Assembly (NCBI GenBank): GCA_020536535.1
Contig: JAHLWZ010000187.1
Location: 62,001 to 126,000, forward strand
Length of the DNA stretch: 64,000 nt
Direction of reading: 5' to 3'
Source of the DNA: Pelomyxa schiedti
Taxonomy: Eukaryota > Protista > Evosea
Below the pieces are notes generated by a model. The model made no database searches. It saw only the letters and a list, made by a program, of their open reading frames with translations, and was not told the origin of the DNA. The position numbers and the translations under genes were made by a program. Below are positions 11,671-25,699 of the stretch, in pieces (position 1 is the first letter of the stretch; every line of letters begins with the position of its first letter).

Positions 11671-14600
11671 TCAGGGAGCATTTTTGGGTGGGATGGGTTC
11701 ATCCTCAAAAAACTCCTTGAGCTCAATGGAGGGATGAATGGAACTGAACAAGCTCTGGAGGTGTGAATGTATTTGCTTGCGCTTGACTACACAGAGAGTG
11801 ATGGCAACTCCGGCAGCAAGAACCACCGCCGGTATGACTGTGCATAGAACCTGTTGCCACTGTTAGGCATATGCGGGTGTGGAACTGGGCACACGATCGT
11901 TAACACGTGGGATGTGGTTTTGTTTGGCTTTGTGCCATGAATCACTACAGAATTAATACATGTGTCATTTGTTGAAGCCCTGTTTTGGTTTTTTGTTAGT
12001 AAAAAAAAGTTGTTGGCTGTGTTAAATGGATACCTTCCTAAAGAGTCCCTAGTTATGACAGAGTACTGATAGGTTTCGCTCTAGTGTTTGCGTGAGTTAG
12101 GTTCTGCTTACATCTGTGCCTTACATCAGTGATGTTACTTGTGTCAGTGAAATTTAAAGTTTCCGATTCCCCTAAAACGAAACCGTTTCTCAGTACTATG
12201 AAGCTGCACGGACAGCAACACGTCAATAAGCCTACAGTGCAAGCATCCCAAGACAACAAGACATTCACAGCATTGTTGTGGGTGAACTACAAGAAGTCAG
12301 TTGGAAGTACAGGGGACCATTTATACCTGCTTTACGGCAATGTTGGACGGAGGGGCAGGAGGAGGACACGCGACGACTGCAGGGAAGTTCATGTAGCTAC
12401 CATGTACTCGATTGATTCCGTCGGTTACAGACAAGCCGAGAACTGCCGATGTCGGGCCGGTGTTATTTTGAGACACAACCGAAATCTTGATATCCCCAGT
12501 TTCACCCGGATTAAGAGTCATAGAAGAAGGCTCTACGCTTGCCTCTAGTAATACAGTGGTAGTATTGAAGATGGTTCTGTTAGAAGATGTCAGGGAAAGA
12601 GGGAGATGACTGCTTCTCACATTGCGAATGAAAAAGTTGTTGGTGAGCACAGTGATAGATCATTGTTGGTTACTGTTGTAGTTATTTCCGTTGTTGCTCC
12701 TTTCCAAGGATTGAGCTGGGGAACGGTTCCTCCAAGAAGTGTGGGGGAGTTCAGCTAGGAACACGAATCAGAAGTAGAAAGAACACCCTGAAGCTCGACA
12801 TACAGTACATGTGTCAATGAAATTACATGTGAGAGCAACAGTATTAAAGCACTTTGTGTTGTTAAAGGTGAATAGATTTAAATGTGTTTTGCCTCGTCAT
12901 ATTTGGAGTTTCGGACAATGACTGAAATGTTACCAGTCGTACTTCTGTCAGATTCAACACGGATGGATGTTGTCTGAGAGTCTCTAAAATCAGAAACGAT
13001 GTTTGGAAGAGAAGAGACGTACTACTTGCCCCCCAGCTTGAATGGTCACTTGTTGAGCTACTGAGACAGAAATACTACCTGGATAATTGGTTTCTATCTG
13101 CAAGATTCGGTTAAACAAGCATTAACAACAAGTTCCGAAGTACGGTATACTGGTAGGAACCGCAATATTGCGCCGATGTATCGGTAATGCGCAAAGAATT
13201 CCATAGTGTGCTAGAAATAGCTGAGAGCAGTGTCGTTGGTTAATAATTATAAGGAGCAACCAAAAGTTACCTCCTGCCGTTATAATAGGGGAAACAAAGT
13301 TCAGTAGGGGGTTTCCACAAACACATTTCCCTACTTTTACCTGGAAAGGTAAGCATAGTGTGAGGAACAAGAGAGTAGGTCTCACCTTTGTTGAAGTGGT
13401 AACATTGTGAGACAATAACCCAGAATTATCGTAGACTTTCACTGCTATTGTTATTTCCCCAGAGAAGTTCGCTACGATTTTGACTGTTAGTGTCGGCCTG
13501 GAGTAATAACGAGGATAGGAATTCCATGTGTCTACACTCCAGGTAGCTGGTATTTTTGGTTTTATTTAAAAGTGAGTTGCCCTGATGTAGCCTCGGCAAG
13601 GAATACCAGATAGTCCCTTTGGCACTATAACAGGAGACAGGTAATACATCCTGTTTGGGCAGTTCCAGGAGTCACGATTTATTATCAATGAAGAGCATGT
13701 AAACTCTAAAGAGTTTGTATTATTGGCAAAAGTCCGAGGGCAGGAAAATGAAAAGTATGGTGGGTAAGGTGAACACGACGGAGTGTATACCTAGGAAAAA
13801 ATAAGTTCAACTTCGGAACCCAAAACCTACACGAAACAACAGTACTACTTCTGAAGAATCTACATTCACATCACCCACTGGTAGAACAGAGATGATGAAC
13901 GTAATATTGATATCTGGGGTTAAATCTGATGTGCTTAATGTTGCTCCTGTCTGGTAACTTTGTGAAGGGCACAGAGTAATGGTACTATTTAACAGGCCCA
14001 TAGATACCTTGTTAGTAAAGTAAGTAATATGGTGAAATTCGATTAGCGTACACCATCTCGTGAAGGGGGTGAGACAATCATATACTGTCTTGGATTGCAG
14101 GAGGGCTACAGTGCTTTTTAAAAATATATTTCTTTGCGATTTTACGCACTGCATCTTGGGATATAATTGTAAAGGGAAGAAACCAGCTCTCATGTGCAGA
14201 AATGTTGTGTATTTCATTATCGTAAATAATTACAGGTGCCTTGTAGATGCACCTGTGTGATACAGAGGTTAGGATATATTTTCCTTTCAATGGGTACATG
14301 CATGGAGTCTTGTTGCAAGGGTAGAAGAAGTGAGGCATTATGAAATGATGCACTGAGACTTGAAACCGTTACAGAGACATTAAAATTAGGGTGTTCCACG
14401 TTTGAAGAGATTTGCAGAAGGAAATTGCCCTCAGCATTAGGTTGAATTAATTTCTACAGACGCTCAACAATCGCGAAATATTCAACATCCGCACCATCGA
14501 AGGGTAAGAAACCCAGGAGATACGACTATCAGAAATCGAGAGGAAGAACTGAGAGCTACCACATGGGGGAAGATCCCGATTTGCAACTGTGATGGTGAAG

Positions 14601-17219
14601 TTTATTTGACTCATGTTCATAGAGAAAGGTGACAGTTGTAAAAAGGAAAGCCTTGGCGATTGGACGCAGCTCCCAAATGTTGTATTGACGAGATATTCAA
14701 GGAAAAATTCCTAAAGGGGGAAAAAACCTTGAGACTTGGTAAGAAAGAAAATAACAGACCGTGTCATTAGCGTAGTCAGGTTTTACAAGTACTGTGAGTG
14801 GAGATAAGGCAAACAAGGGCTGGGAAGGAGGTGTGACTGACACGGTAATGTTACACTCCGTTCCTGGTAGTAGCGAAAAAAGTTGAACATCCACAGTAGT
14901 ATTATAATCACCTTAACTTTGTTGAACCCTTTTATTGTAAAAAAAGACAGGACAAATACAAGTAGAACTGATCGCTAACGAAGTTACAGGGCATAAAATG
15001 GAATCTATACTCTTGACAGATATTCTTAATGAGGTAGCTTCACCTGTCTTCATCATGTAAGATGATATAATTTTCATTCAAATTTAAGATGACAAACATT
15101 CATAAGAAGTTGGGTGGTGCCGTCATATGAAATGCTACTGAAGACTCCTTCTTCCAACACTAGATCGCCAGCTTCACTGCATCCCCCACCCAATTTGGAA
15201 AGTCAGTCTCAACTAAACCACAAAAAAACAACCCTATGAGGAAAGATGTATATAAAGGCGGTTTCCTATCACACCCTAGTGACACCTAGCAAGTTGTTGG
15301 GTATCAATATGGGATACTAGGCAACAACACCTGGAGAAGCATAAATTCATCATTTAGTTGCATTGGTGCAACTGAAAATCTCTTGTACATATCGAAAAAG
15401 TATGTTCCAAGATTCCGGGAAGTTATGAACTCGGGAGTACTACTTCCTGTTGCCAAACGGTGCACAAGTAACCTTTGGCAGGTTAAACTTTTGGGTTTTA
15501 GGAATTTTTGGTATACTGGTCTGCAAATTCAGCAACACCCACTCCCTTACTTGATGAATATGAAAAGTAATATGTGTACCCAGAACCCTGAATTTTGATT
15601 GCCAGAGGGTAACTCTTATTCGCGAATTCCTAAACCAAAGGTCATAACCAACAGTAAAAATGTGTCAACAAACCTCATTTAAAGAAGAGATCTTATACTC
15701 TCCGCTGCTACTAACCAATAAAAACTTAAGCAAATGAGTGAGTTTTTAATATTCCAAATAGCGAACCCGACCAGGTGCCCATCCTTGGCGATCTAAATCA
15801 CAGGAAACAAATCCCATGATTGTATTGGTATCAAGCCACTTGTTCCCCATTACCGAGGTTGGGTCCCCATAAGTAATAATGTCACCCTGCAATAAGTCAG
15901 CTTGCTATAATTTTTTTTTTGTTACTACCTTTTCATCAAAGTTTGAGGCAGAGTGTCTCAACCCCATGTTGTGCCCTAGTTCATGGGAAATAACTTGCAT
16001 GTCAGAGCACCTCAGACTCCACACAGAACAAAAATAGGAGCACCCAACAGATCCGAGTCCAAGCCAATCACAAACCTTGAGTGACCATAAGGAAGAATAA
16101 ATGAGGGGAGAAAGGGGCTCAAACAGTAAGAATAATAGCAAACCTCTGTGTCTGGGAGTACATATATGTAGTGCTGATAATAACGGAAATCTACACCAGA
16201 CAGAGTTGCAGCATCTTTAAGTGATGTGGCCCATTGGTCGTAGTTACACTAGGATATTCAATTACAGATGGCGGTAAAGAGAGCGCACTGTTGAAGAGAC
16301 CCCAAGTGGAATAACATAGGGACCAAAAATATCAAAATCAGTGAAGTTATATACATGGGGACTGAAGACTACTTGTCCATATGTGAATTTAGCAAATTGT
16401 TCTGTTCAAAATTAGATTATATATTACAATTCTATGGGAACCAGAGATTGACCAGCCATCGAAGTAGGCAGTGGAATCTGCAGTACCCTCCCACATCATT
16501 TGTGTGATATCGTCCACTGTGCAATCAATTACATCACCTGAGTCGAATGAGGCCACCAGGATAACTGCCCTCCTTTGTGATACACTTGAATCAGAAAGTG
16601 TTAAAAAGACAGGAGTATTCTCAGAATTTTCCTAACAGCAGGGTAAAACCGATATTTTGAAACCTTTAACTAGTTCCAACCTGTGTATCCAACAAAGATG
16701 AAACTGCAAAATTTCTATTCCTGCCTTCCTTTGCTGACCACTCACCAGTAACTGAAACCTACCATTTTATTTTCCCCCATCAACCCAGTTAATGGAATAT
16801 GGCTTTTCTGTCCTTCTCACCACTGTCATTCTGTTCAAAGCTAAAAGTTTCAAATGGCTGAGTAAGGTTTCACTCTGTGATGTGAGCTCTATGACAACTA
16901 AAAACAATTAAGATGATGAAATGGAGTGTGGTGAGCAACCATCCTTGTTCAGATTGGGGAGGGAAAATAATCCAGAGGATTCATCCAAATGCAACAAAAG
17001 TAGCTCCTTCTGCAAAAGTAATCAGATTAAAAAAGGGGGGATAATGCACAGGCACCAAGAGAGGGGAAAAGGAATTACGGGAGAAGTTGCGAAGTCGTCA
17101 GCAATTCGCAGTTCCAGAGAACCCCTCAATGTCACACAAGATCCAAAGCCACAAACTAAAAGCACGCCAAGCCAAGACAAAAGCAGCGACGCTGCCCCAA
17201 CGCCCCTCCGGCCAATCAT
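11671..17219 (-). CDS. Type-I membrane metzincin, peptidase M11 (gametolysin)-like, with beta-sandwich ectodomain repeats
   Basis: Signal peptide MIGRRGVGAASLLLSWLGVLLVCGFGSC. Zinc motif HELGHNMGLRH (~15955-15990) and Met-turn YGDPTSVMG (~15845-15872). Post-catalytic YYFSY...LLVHR. Ser/Thr stalk, TM VLCTVIPAVVLAAGVAITLCVV-KRK, stop TGA at 11673-11671. Many introns; internal exon structure not fully resolved. Confidence 0.78.
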
Positions 17220-17498
17220 TTACAATTATGGGAACAACAGACGAAACAACGAAAAAGGTACTAGGTACTTTACGCTTTAGGCAGTGACCAACCTTACAAG
17301 CCTGATGTGCGATTCCAAGTTATATGCAGCTCTGGTTGCAGTTGCATTCATCTACCCCAAGCCATTGAACTTTGTCGAGGCAAATCACTGGAAAAACGCG
17401 GGTTCCAAATCTCAGCTTTTTTCAAACTGGGATTTTGTCGTACCATTTTTCACCGAAAGCATAAACAAATACGCTTTTTTTCCCAACACAAACCACCG

Positions 17499-19365
17499 AT
17501 GCTCACTACAACAGCGGCTACGGCAAGTGTGGAACTAGACAACCGCGACACGCCATCGCCAGATCTCGCAAGTAGACCAGATCTCGCTGCTGTCGGCGAT
17601 CCGGAAACTCGTCGTGGAAACAGTGGCCATGGAATAGACGGCGATGGCGACGAGGAGAGCAGTACTGGGCGTTGTTGTGGGGGAAGGTGGCATCGTTTGA
17701 TGGGAAACGAGTTTTTTGGACTCGGCGTTTTGACGGCCGTGGCGGCGTTCAATTACTTGGACAGATACATACCGTCGGCAACCAAGGATTTGATCAAGGA
17801 AGACCTGGGTTTGTCTGATTTTCAGACAGGTATTGTCTTCCCCAAGCCCTCCTGAAAGAGGTTTTTTTTGATAGCTATAAGATAAGGAGACTTTGTGTGC
17901 GTTTTTCATGCCAATCACTTAGGCTTTTTATTTAGTGCTTTCATCATTGTTTACATGTTGACTGCTCCCATTTTTGGAGTTCTTGCAGATAGAGGTGTCT
18001 CACGTAAGGTTCCTCCTACCCAACTGTTATATACACTAATTTTCAATAGGGAATTCTTGCTGGCTGTATTATGATGTGGTCCCTGTCAACTGCTGCAACC
18101 TCCCTTGCTCAGGATTACTGGTCATTGCTTATGGCCCGCGCTTGCGTTGGTATTGGGGAAGGTATACTTGTGACCCTTTCATTTCATACACAAACCGAAA
18201 ACAACAGGAGGATTTGTGGCTGTCGTCCCCAGTATCATATGTGACTACTTTCCTCCTAACAAAGTTTCACGCAGTCTGACCGTGTACTACTCTGTTCAGC
18301 CGATTGGAGGTGCTTTGGGGTACCTAATTGGTGGCGTACTCGGTGCTATCATCGGTTGGCGGTGGACGTTCGTTGCCTCAAGCCTCCCTGGGATAGTGGC
18401 AATTCTCATTCTATTGTTAAGAGAACCCAAGAAGGGCCGCTTTGAGGAAAAGCAAGTTGAACCCCCAGGGCTGTGGGAAGGCACCAAGGTCAGCCCTCGT
18501 AAAATTAGAAGGAAGTCAACTTAATGTCTTTGATAGATCCTTCTTAGAAGCTCAGCATATGTTATCTCGACAATTGGCTACATTGCCATATCCTTTGGGC
18601 TTGGGGCAAGTGCAGACTGGCTCCCTACATTTTTCTCCAGGTAGAAACGCTCTCATGAGTGGCTGGTAATTTACTTTACTAGAACCTACGGATTCTCTCT
18701 GGGAGTTGCTGGATTTCTTTCTGGTGCTCTAGTCGTGGTTGGTGGATTCTGTGGAACATTCACAGGCGGATTTTTGGGTGATCTGTGCCGGAAGTACATA
18801 TCACAGCCTTACTTCTTTGTTTGTGGAGTTTCTGTACTGATATCCGCTCCAATAATCTTTTACGTCTTCATGCTGCCGCCACCAAAATATGCAACATGCT
18901 TTCTACTGGTAGTCTCTGTAACTTTTTCGTGGATGTATGTTGGTAAGCCAAGCCTTCCATTAACAGAAATTTTTTCAGTTGTTAATTCTGCACAGGTCCA
19001 TGCAATGCCATCCTGAACAACTCTGTTTCAGCCAACATGAGAGGGCGGTCAAATGCTGTTAGTGTATTACTAATTCATTTGCTGGGGGATGCCAGCAGCC
19101 CCGCCATAGTGGTGAGGTTTCTTCGTTCTATAATTTGCGTCTACACCCAATCAGAACTAACAAACCCAACCAGGGGGCTATTTCAGACGCCACAGGGAAC
19201 CTTCTGTATGGACTCAGTATTGTTCCTTTGTCATTCTTGATAGCCGGACTTGTGTGGTGCTTTGGTTGGCTTGTTGTAAAGCAAAACACTGATGGGATAG
19301 TACACCCAACAGAGGAAGAAAAGGCAAAACTTGTAAAGGAACACACCCAAGGGGGATTGGAATAA
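17499..19365 (+). CDS. MFS transporter, Spinster (SPNS) family
   Basis: LGVLTAVAAFNYLDRY...LGLSDFQTG, APIFGVLADR, IICDYFPP, YSVQPIGGALGY, GGFLGD, IHLLGDASSPAIVG. About 12 TM segments. Confidence 0.85.
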
Positions 19366-19464
19366 ATAAATTAAAAAAAAAGTTCCCTAGCCTCCAATTG
19401 GGAGGGAGGTGTGTTGTTTTGTCTCTAGTTTTTTTTGTGTGTGGCTTCCTGAAATAGACATTTC

Positions 19465-21968
19465 TTAACTGGACTCTTCCCCTTCTTCGTCCAGCAGTTC
19501 AGTGAGGTGAACACGCAAATCGCTGTAGACTGTTACTTTGAAAGACATGTGCACTTCAGGCTCAAATGTTGATGGTACAATGACAAAGAATGTTTCCTCA
19601 TTTGCAGGTACTCGGAACTTATCAAATACTAAAGTGGGGTGAGAAAAGGAAAAGTGGTATGGGTAGCCAACCAGTTTGAAGAACAGAGTGACCTTCTGGA
19701 GGCTTCATCAACCGTGCTTTACAAAGTTCATCAGGTTGCAATCGTCCTTCGTCAGCTATATCGGCTGTTAAGATCACTAAGGAAAGCAAGGTACACACTT
19801 TTATCACGTGTGAAGAATGCGAGACCGACAGATGTCAGTGTACGCTGAGATTTGGAGGTTATCTGGGTTAACTGTACAAGTACTTCAGCTTTGTCAGATC
19901 CAAGCACTTCACCCTCTACAGGCTCCACATGACAAAGGAATTGTGGATTGGTAGAAAAGGTTTCTTGATTTGGGGCACCACCTGCGGTACCTTCAGCCCA
20001 TTTACTCTGTAGAGGTATCAGAATTTGGTGTTTCTTGTTGTATTAAAATTCACATATCAAACCTTTGAGGACCGAGAGTGCCTCCATTCGCTAGTCAGTG
20101 CTGTTAGAGTGGCTGCCGGGTCATCACTGAAGACATGCAAATCAAATTTGCTTGCTCGTCTTTCCTCATGTGTAACAGGGATGATGATGTACGTTCCGGG
20201 CTTATTCCTCTTCAGATTTGCTCCAACTGGGAATGTTAACTGTTTATAATAATAGCTATTTGTCACCAGAGCACACAGCTTGGCATTCTTGTGTAGAACC
20301 AACAGTATCACGATACCAGACTGCTTTCTTTGTGGGATCTATATCACAGTGAATCCACATAAACCATAGGTGAAAATACCTTCTGTGCTAATTACATAAA
20401 TTCCCATGCTTGCTTCGTCTTCTGGTTGATTCAATTGTATTGCGATATCCGTTCTCTTGGTAAGTGTTAGGAGGAACTGTGGGTTTTTCATCCAAGTTGC
20501 GCCTGTAATGTCTGCACCACCACAGTTTTCCTCTGTCCACTCACTCTGTACCAAGTGACAAAGTAGAAACGGAAACAGGAGCTCACCACTATGGACGCAC
20601 AATTCCAAGATTCCAGAGGTAACTGTGTGAAACTGAGGGTGTCAATAGGATCTGTATACGCCATGATAGTAAACTTGCCCCTGTGGGGTCTTCCTTCAGA
20701 CCCGTTTCTAGACTGAGAACAAGGTATCACACAGTAGGTTCCCGCGGGAAGGTTTTCTTTGACTTGGACTGCAAGGCATGTAAAAAAAGATACTAGAGTG
20801 TGTACTTTGTTGACCATCATGTGAGTGTGTTGGACACAGGGCACTCCCATGTTCAACTTTGAAAATTTCATCAATTTGGAAGGCCGTTTTGCGTCTCCCC
20901 TTGTAGAAATCGTCTAGGTAACATATTAGTGAGATACTTGGAGAGTCTAGTGACTACTGTCGTAACGCAAAATATAGAAGCTTATTTGTTCCTCACATGG
21001 TGGCTGAAAGTGTGTTAGCAAAAAAGGGTGGGAAGGAAGAAAAACACTTGATGACAGATTATTTCAATATCACAAGGCTTCAACACAGTGAGAAGAAACT
21101 GTGGGTTATTGTACCAGCGTGGGTTGCTGATTATGTTTCCACCAGAGAGAAGTTCAGAAAATTCGGCCTGCTCGAACTTTACTCTAGCGCTTAAGAATTT
21201 TTCAATACATCAATAGCAATTCCTTTGACAGGGATCTTTTCTGGTGGTGCTGCTTCAAAGCTAATTTGGAGTCGAACTTCGCCCTCTCCTTTCTTGGGAC
21301 CCCTGGTGGTGATGAATCATATATATAGATATAAGGTCATGAAAACTTACCCCTCGGATTGAGTTGGAAGAACGGAGTTAGTTACCTTGAAAAATGTAAA
21401 TTGGGGATAGAGGACAGTAGAAAATACCTTCGCTTTAGAGGGTTTTTCGAGGCGGTACCATTGGCTTACTGGCGTCTAAGAGTATTTGAGAGTTCAGCTC
21501 AGAGATTTAACATGACATACACCGGCTTTGATAATTTCTGCCACTGGAATATTGGAATAACCACTGACAGACTCTCCAAAAAGACTCTTTTTATTTGCGT
21601 TTATAACCAGCATAGCATTCTCTCGTTGAACTCCACTTAGTGCTCGGTTAGGGAGCGAGGGAGGTGCAAGAGGAACAAACAATTGAAACGGCGAGTCCGT
21701 AAACTGTGTGTTCTTGGAGTTTTTCTTTCTAGCCGTAGACTTAATGGTATACTCGCAGTCGCAAGTCACCCAACCACATGAGACGTTCCTGACCTCACAC
21801 ACTGTAGAACAATAAACAAGCAAAAATAGCGGGAGGAAAAAAAAAGGCCAATGGTTTTAAGCAGCAAAGAGTACCCGTCACGGATAACGTCCCTATGACT
21901 TTGTGGTCCTTTTTCCCACCACCCGTCGTTGGTGTAGACGAAGTGGTAGTCGTGCTACTTGTCGCCAT
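19465..21968 (-). CDS. C2 domain + three tandem calpain domain-III (CBSW) modules; no protease domain
   Basis: N-terminal VIGTLSVTV|CEVRNV (C2 beta-1). Three calpain-III starts: GGNIISNPRWYNNPQFLL, EWTEENCGGADITGATWMKNPQFLL, KWAEGTAGGAPNQETFSTNPQFL. Matching ends GTYCVIPC, GTYIIIPVT, FFVIVPSTFEP. Stop TAA 19467-19465. Confidence 0.75.
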
Positions 21969-22709
21969 CTCAAATCGATTCGGGTTTTTTTGTTTTTTTG
22001 TTTGTTTTTTTAGTTCACGAAAGCAAATTTGAAATTAGTGTAAAGGCAGGGGAACGAAGGTGTCAAGCTGCCAAATGGACACCCCCTCCACCAAGAAAAC
22101 CCAACACAAAGCCCGTGCCTCTGGCGTGGGTGGCACTGAAAATTGAATTTTACAATGCTTCCCTCAAGTGCCAACAACCAGGCCGAAAACAATGTAAATC
22201 GTAAACGTGAACACTGAAACTCAAAGGAATTCTGTTCAAGAGCAGAACCTTATTCACAAACCAAATGGTGAAATTGTATAAAGAGGTATGGAGCCCCTAA
22301 TTATAATATGTTGAGCTGACACTCCAGAGAAAAGGCCAACATGAAAAGGGTAGACCCCAAATGCTGCCAATACAACAAGAGATAAATTGTGGCTGGGAGA
22401 AAGGGAAAGCAGTGCTCTGAATCACTTCCAAAATAAGTCACCCAACATATCAGGTGCCAGGTGAGCCATTGGTACCCTCAGAAGAACTTCAAAAGGATGC
22501 TCTTGAAAGTCGCCTGAGCTTTCCTTTTTTTTGGGTGCTCACTTATGTTCCTTGTGGGCACCAGTACCTCATATCGTGGCCCTTGAGTTTCTGGGCTTCG
22601 ACTAACTGCCGAAGATCGACTCTTCTTGATCCCCCCTAAAAAATCGTGGCCGAGTTGCATTCCAGTAACCACCTGGAACCTAATTTTAATCAACATAAAC
22701 AAACCAAAG

Positions 22710-25649
22710 ATGAGCCGAGACGAACGGCCCCTTGAGAGGGTCGCTGTGGGTTTGTGGCGTAATTTGGTCGAAAACCCCCTGGCCACGGCGCTTGCGTTTG
22801 TACGCAGCTTTTCTCCCAGCTCTCTTTCCAAGACCAGCAGGCACAACCCCAAGCCAAGCGAGTTTAACCTCCTGGAGGTTATTAGTTGGAACTACGACGA
22901 ACAACAGGCAGGCATAGACCACGTCATTGCAACTGGGGAACCGAAATGCTCAACTGAGGAACTTGAACTTGACAACAGCGGGCCAGGCGGTCCTGGGCCC
23001 CAAATTGCAACTTTGTGTGCTTTCATCAACTATCACTAACAAAACAAAGTTGATTGCAATCAAAATTCCGTAACGCGCCCACACATAACGAAATTGCTCC
23101 TCACAAATTAATGTATGCAATGCAAATAGTGAGGAAAAGCTGACACAGTGGATTGCTGATTACAAGCGATCTGACCTCAGCAATAACCTCGCCCTTATGC
23201 TCTCGGAATGGCTGATGTCAAAGCACTGCATAAGGGAGTTGTTCGAAACAACCCTTAGCACAAGCCAGAGGCATGAGATTGTGACCACAGGTGTGGAAAT
23301 CCTTCTGCTCGTTCGAGCAGAGGGCCTTTCTCAGCTCATTGCGTCTATTGTATGCTTGGATTCCTGGTGGGAAGGCCTCATGTTCCAGCAAATGGCATCT
23401 AAAAAACCAGAGAATGCTGGTGAGGTCTCGTTCAAACTGCTCAGATCTCAAGCTGTAGTCAACAAGGACCCAGAGAAATCTGAAAATATGGGTGACAGTG
23501 ACGAAGTAAAAAGAGAGTGGCCCCGAAAATGTTCCTGTGGAATGAAACACACAATTGATCTTACCGAGTTCCCGGAACTGAGGCACCTCTTGTTTGACTT
23601 TTGCCTTGAGAATTTAGGCCGCTGCAACTCCAGGTACATACGTGCCATTTTATCAACAATTTGGGGAAGGCAACTGGCAGAAGAGAAGCAGGAAAAGTTT
23701 TTGGCTGGTATAAAACTTCACTTTCCAGATACGATGGAGCCTATGACCCTGGCCATGATTTGCATGGAGGTCCCTTCCTTGCTTACTCCTGTTTTTGAAA
23801 TGACACTGGAAACAGAAGACCTTTACCGCTGGTGTGAATACTTGGCGTCGCTAATAGAACAGGGTAGTGAAAAGATCAACTCTTACCTGGCAAAATACGC
23901 AGATAGGATCTTGGAGAAGGTTCTAGAAATGATACAAGATATGGATGTGGAAGAAGAATACAAGTGCAGGGATTCAATGACTGTATTAGAAGGGTTGTTC
24001 AAAATTGGAGGGGATCCAATTTGCTCCATGCATATGCACAGAAGAATACGAAGCCATTTTCTTCCAGTATAATTGTATCATGTCTTCTGCCGCTTTGGAA
24101 TGGGGTTGATCAACATGTTCTGCTGAATACCATCAAGTACATCATGGAAGATAATATCCTTGACCTTGACACTGGTCAGGAGATTGTTTATTCAGACTTG
24201 ATGCTTGAGAAGCTTGATGACCAGAACAAGAAAGCCCTAATGGAGCACTGTCTAACGGGTCTGGGTATGGGACATGAGGAACCTGCTGAAGGCACAGAAA
24301 GCCCAGAAAGCTCAGCAAGTGAGAAGGACGAGCCAGGCTTTGATTCTGAAAGAGGACTGTACATTCTGACAGCTCTTTTAGAGATGCTGTTTCCACGAGC
24401 AGAGAAAGAAGACCTGGCAATCTTTTCATTTATTACATCCCTGAAAACCGTGGAGTGGATCCTTTCAGTGGTCATTGAGGGCTCCTTTGATCATGATTAC
24501 GAACTCCTCGTATGTTTGGGCTTGCTTACTTATCTTTCATCGTCTGGAGAACAGCCAAAAATCTTGGATTCTATCAGGAATTTCCTCCACAGTTTGAGAA
24601 AAGATCCAAAGAAGAAGGAATTGAAGGAAACATTCTACCTGGCATGTGCTGAGGCAAAGGCTCGTGTAAAGAAAATCAGGAACAAGAACAACGCAACCTC
24701 CTCCAATGTTTCAAGAGGAGTCCAAGACTGGCTCTCAGCTTTTCTTTCAGAAGAGAAGGAAAAACTGAGAGAAAGGATTTTCGGGGAAAGCTTGAAGGGG
24801 CGTGATATTGACGTGGTGTCTTTGGTTGTGTCTTGCAGTACTGGAATGCCCAGAGAAATTGCTGCAACTCCGACCCTGGAGTTCTTTCTTGAACATTCCT
24901 CGCCAGGAAATGGCATAAAACTCTCACCAGACCAGATAGCGACTATTTTACCCATTGCCGAGCTATTGCTTACGAATGGGGCAGACCCAAATGCATCAAT
25001 CAGGGACGGCAAGTCACCCCTGTGGAAACATATTGTTGACAAGGATGTAATCTCCCTTTTGCTGAAGTACGGAGCAAAGCTTGGATCATGTGGCCCCAGG
25101 TTCTTCAGCAAAGTCTTGAAGGCAGGGGATAACGATGTGGCTGAAGTGTTGTGGTTACATGGAATGTCATTGGACACAGCACCTCAAGGTGATGTGGTGT
25201 GCAAGAGTCTTCCGCCCACTGTGCCAAGCCATTTCTTCTCTCCTGCAATGTGGACACCCGCGAGGCACATCAAGTTCCCCAAATGGTTCAGGCTCACTAT
25301 TGAAACCACTCTCTTGTGTTGGAGAAGACAGTCATTGCGCTTCCAGCACAACCAGGTTCTCTGTTACCGGTCTCGGTCAGAGGTTACACAATCACAAGTG
25401 AGCAACCTTTTTCGATCTTTTTCCTCTCACACTGAAAAGGATTACACAAACAGTGAACCACAAGAGACTGCAAGGAAAAGACCGAGGATTGGACCACCTG
25501 AAGCAAACAAAAGGCCAGAAATGCCGGTATCTGTTCCAAGAGATGGCGCAGAGCCTTTTCACCCAGTGGGTGTTCTCCCCAAGTGCGTTCTGCTCAGTTG
25601 TATTTGTACCCTATTGTCCCCTGCCCATTTTTCCGTTTTATATTACTAG
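22710..25649 (+). CDS. Large helical protein with C-terminal ankyrin repeats and a WTP..H..FP..FR motif
   Basis: Long exons 23129-~24066 and ~24138-25649. Ankyrin-like IAELLLTNGADPNASIRDGKSPL and VISLLLKYGAKL. Linkage of the first exon (22710) and the exact intron near 24000-24137 are uncertain. Confidence 0.6.
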
Positions 25650-25699
25650 GACTCAATTGTTCTCAAAAAATAATAAAAATTTATTCCGAGTTGTTTCTG

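Noticed and set aside
22010-22660. Possible small multi-exon membrane-protein gene on the minus strand (LSLVVLAAFGVYPFHVGLFSGVS; weak TMEM107-like look), or a TGA-readthrough/selenoprotein
   Set aside because: Intron-like signals exist, but I could not build a stop-free model with plausible splice sites, and no Sec-type motif or SECIS is evident. Left unresolved.
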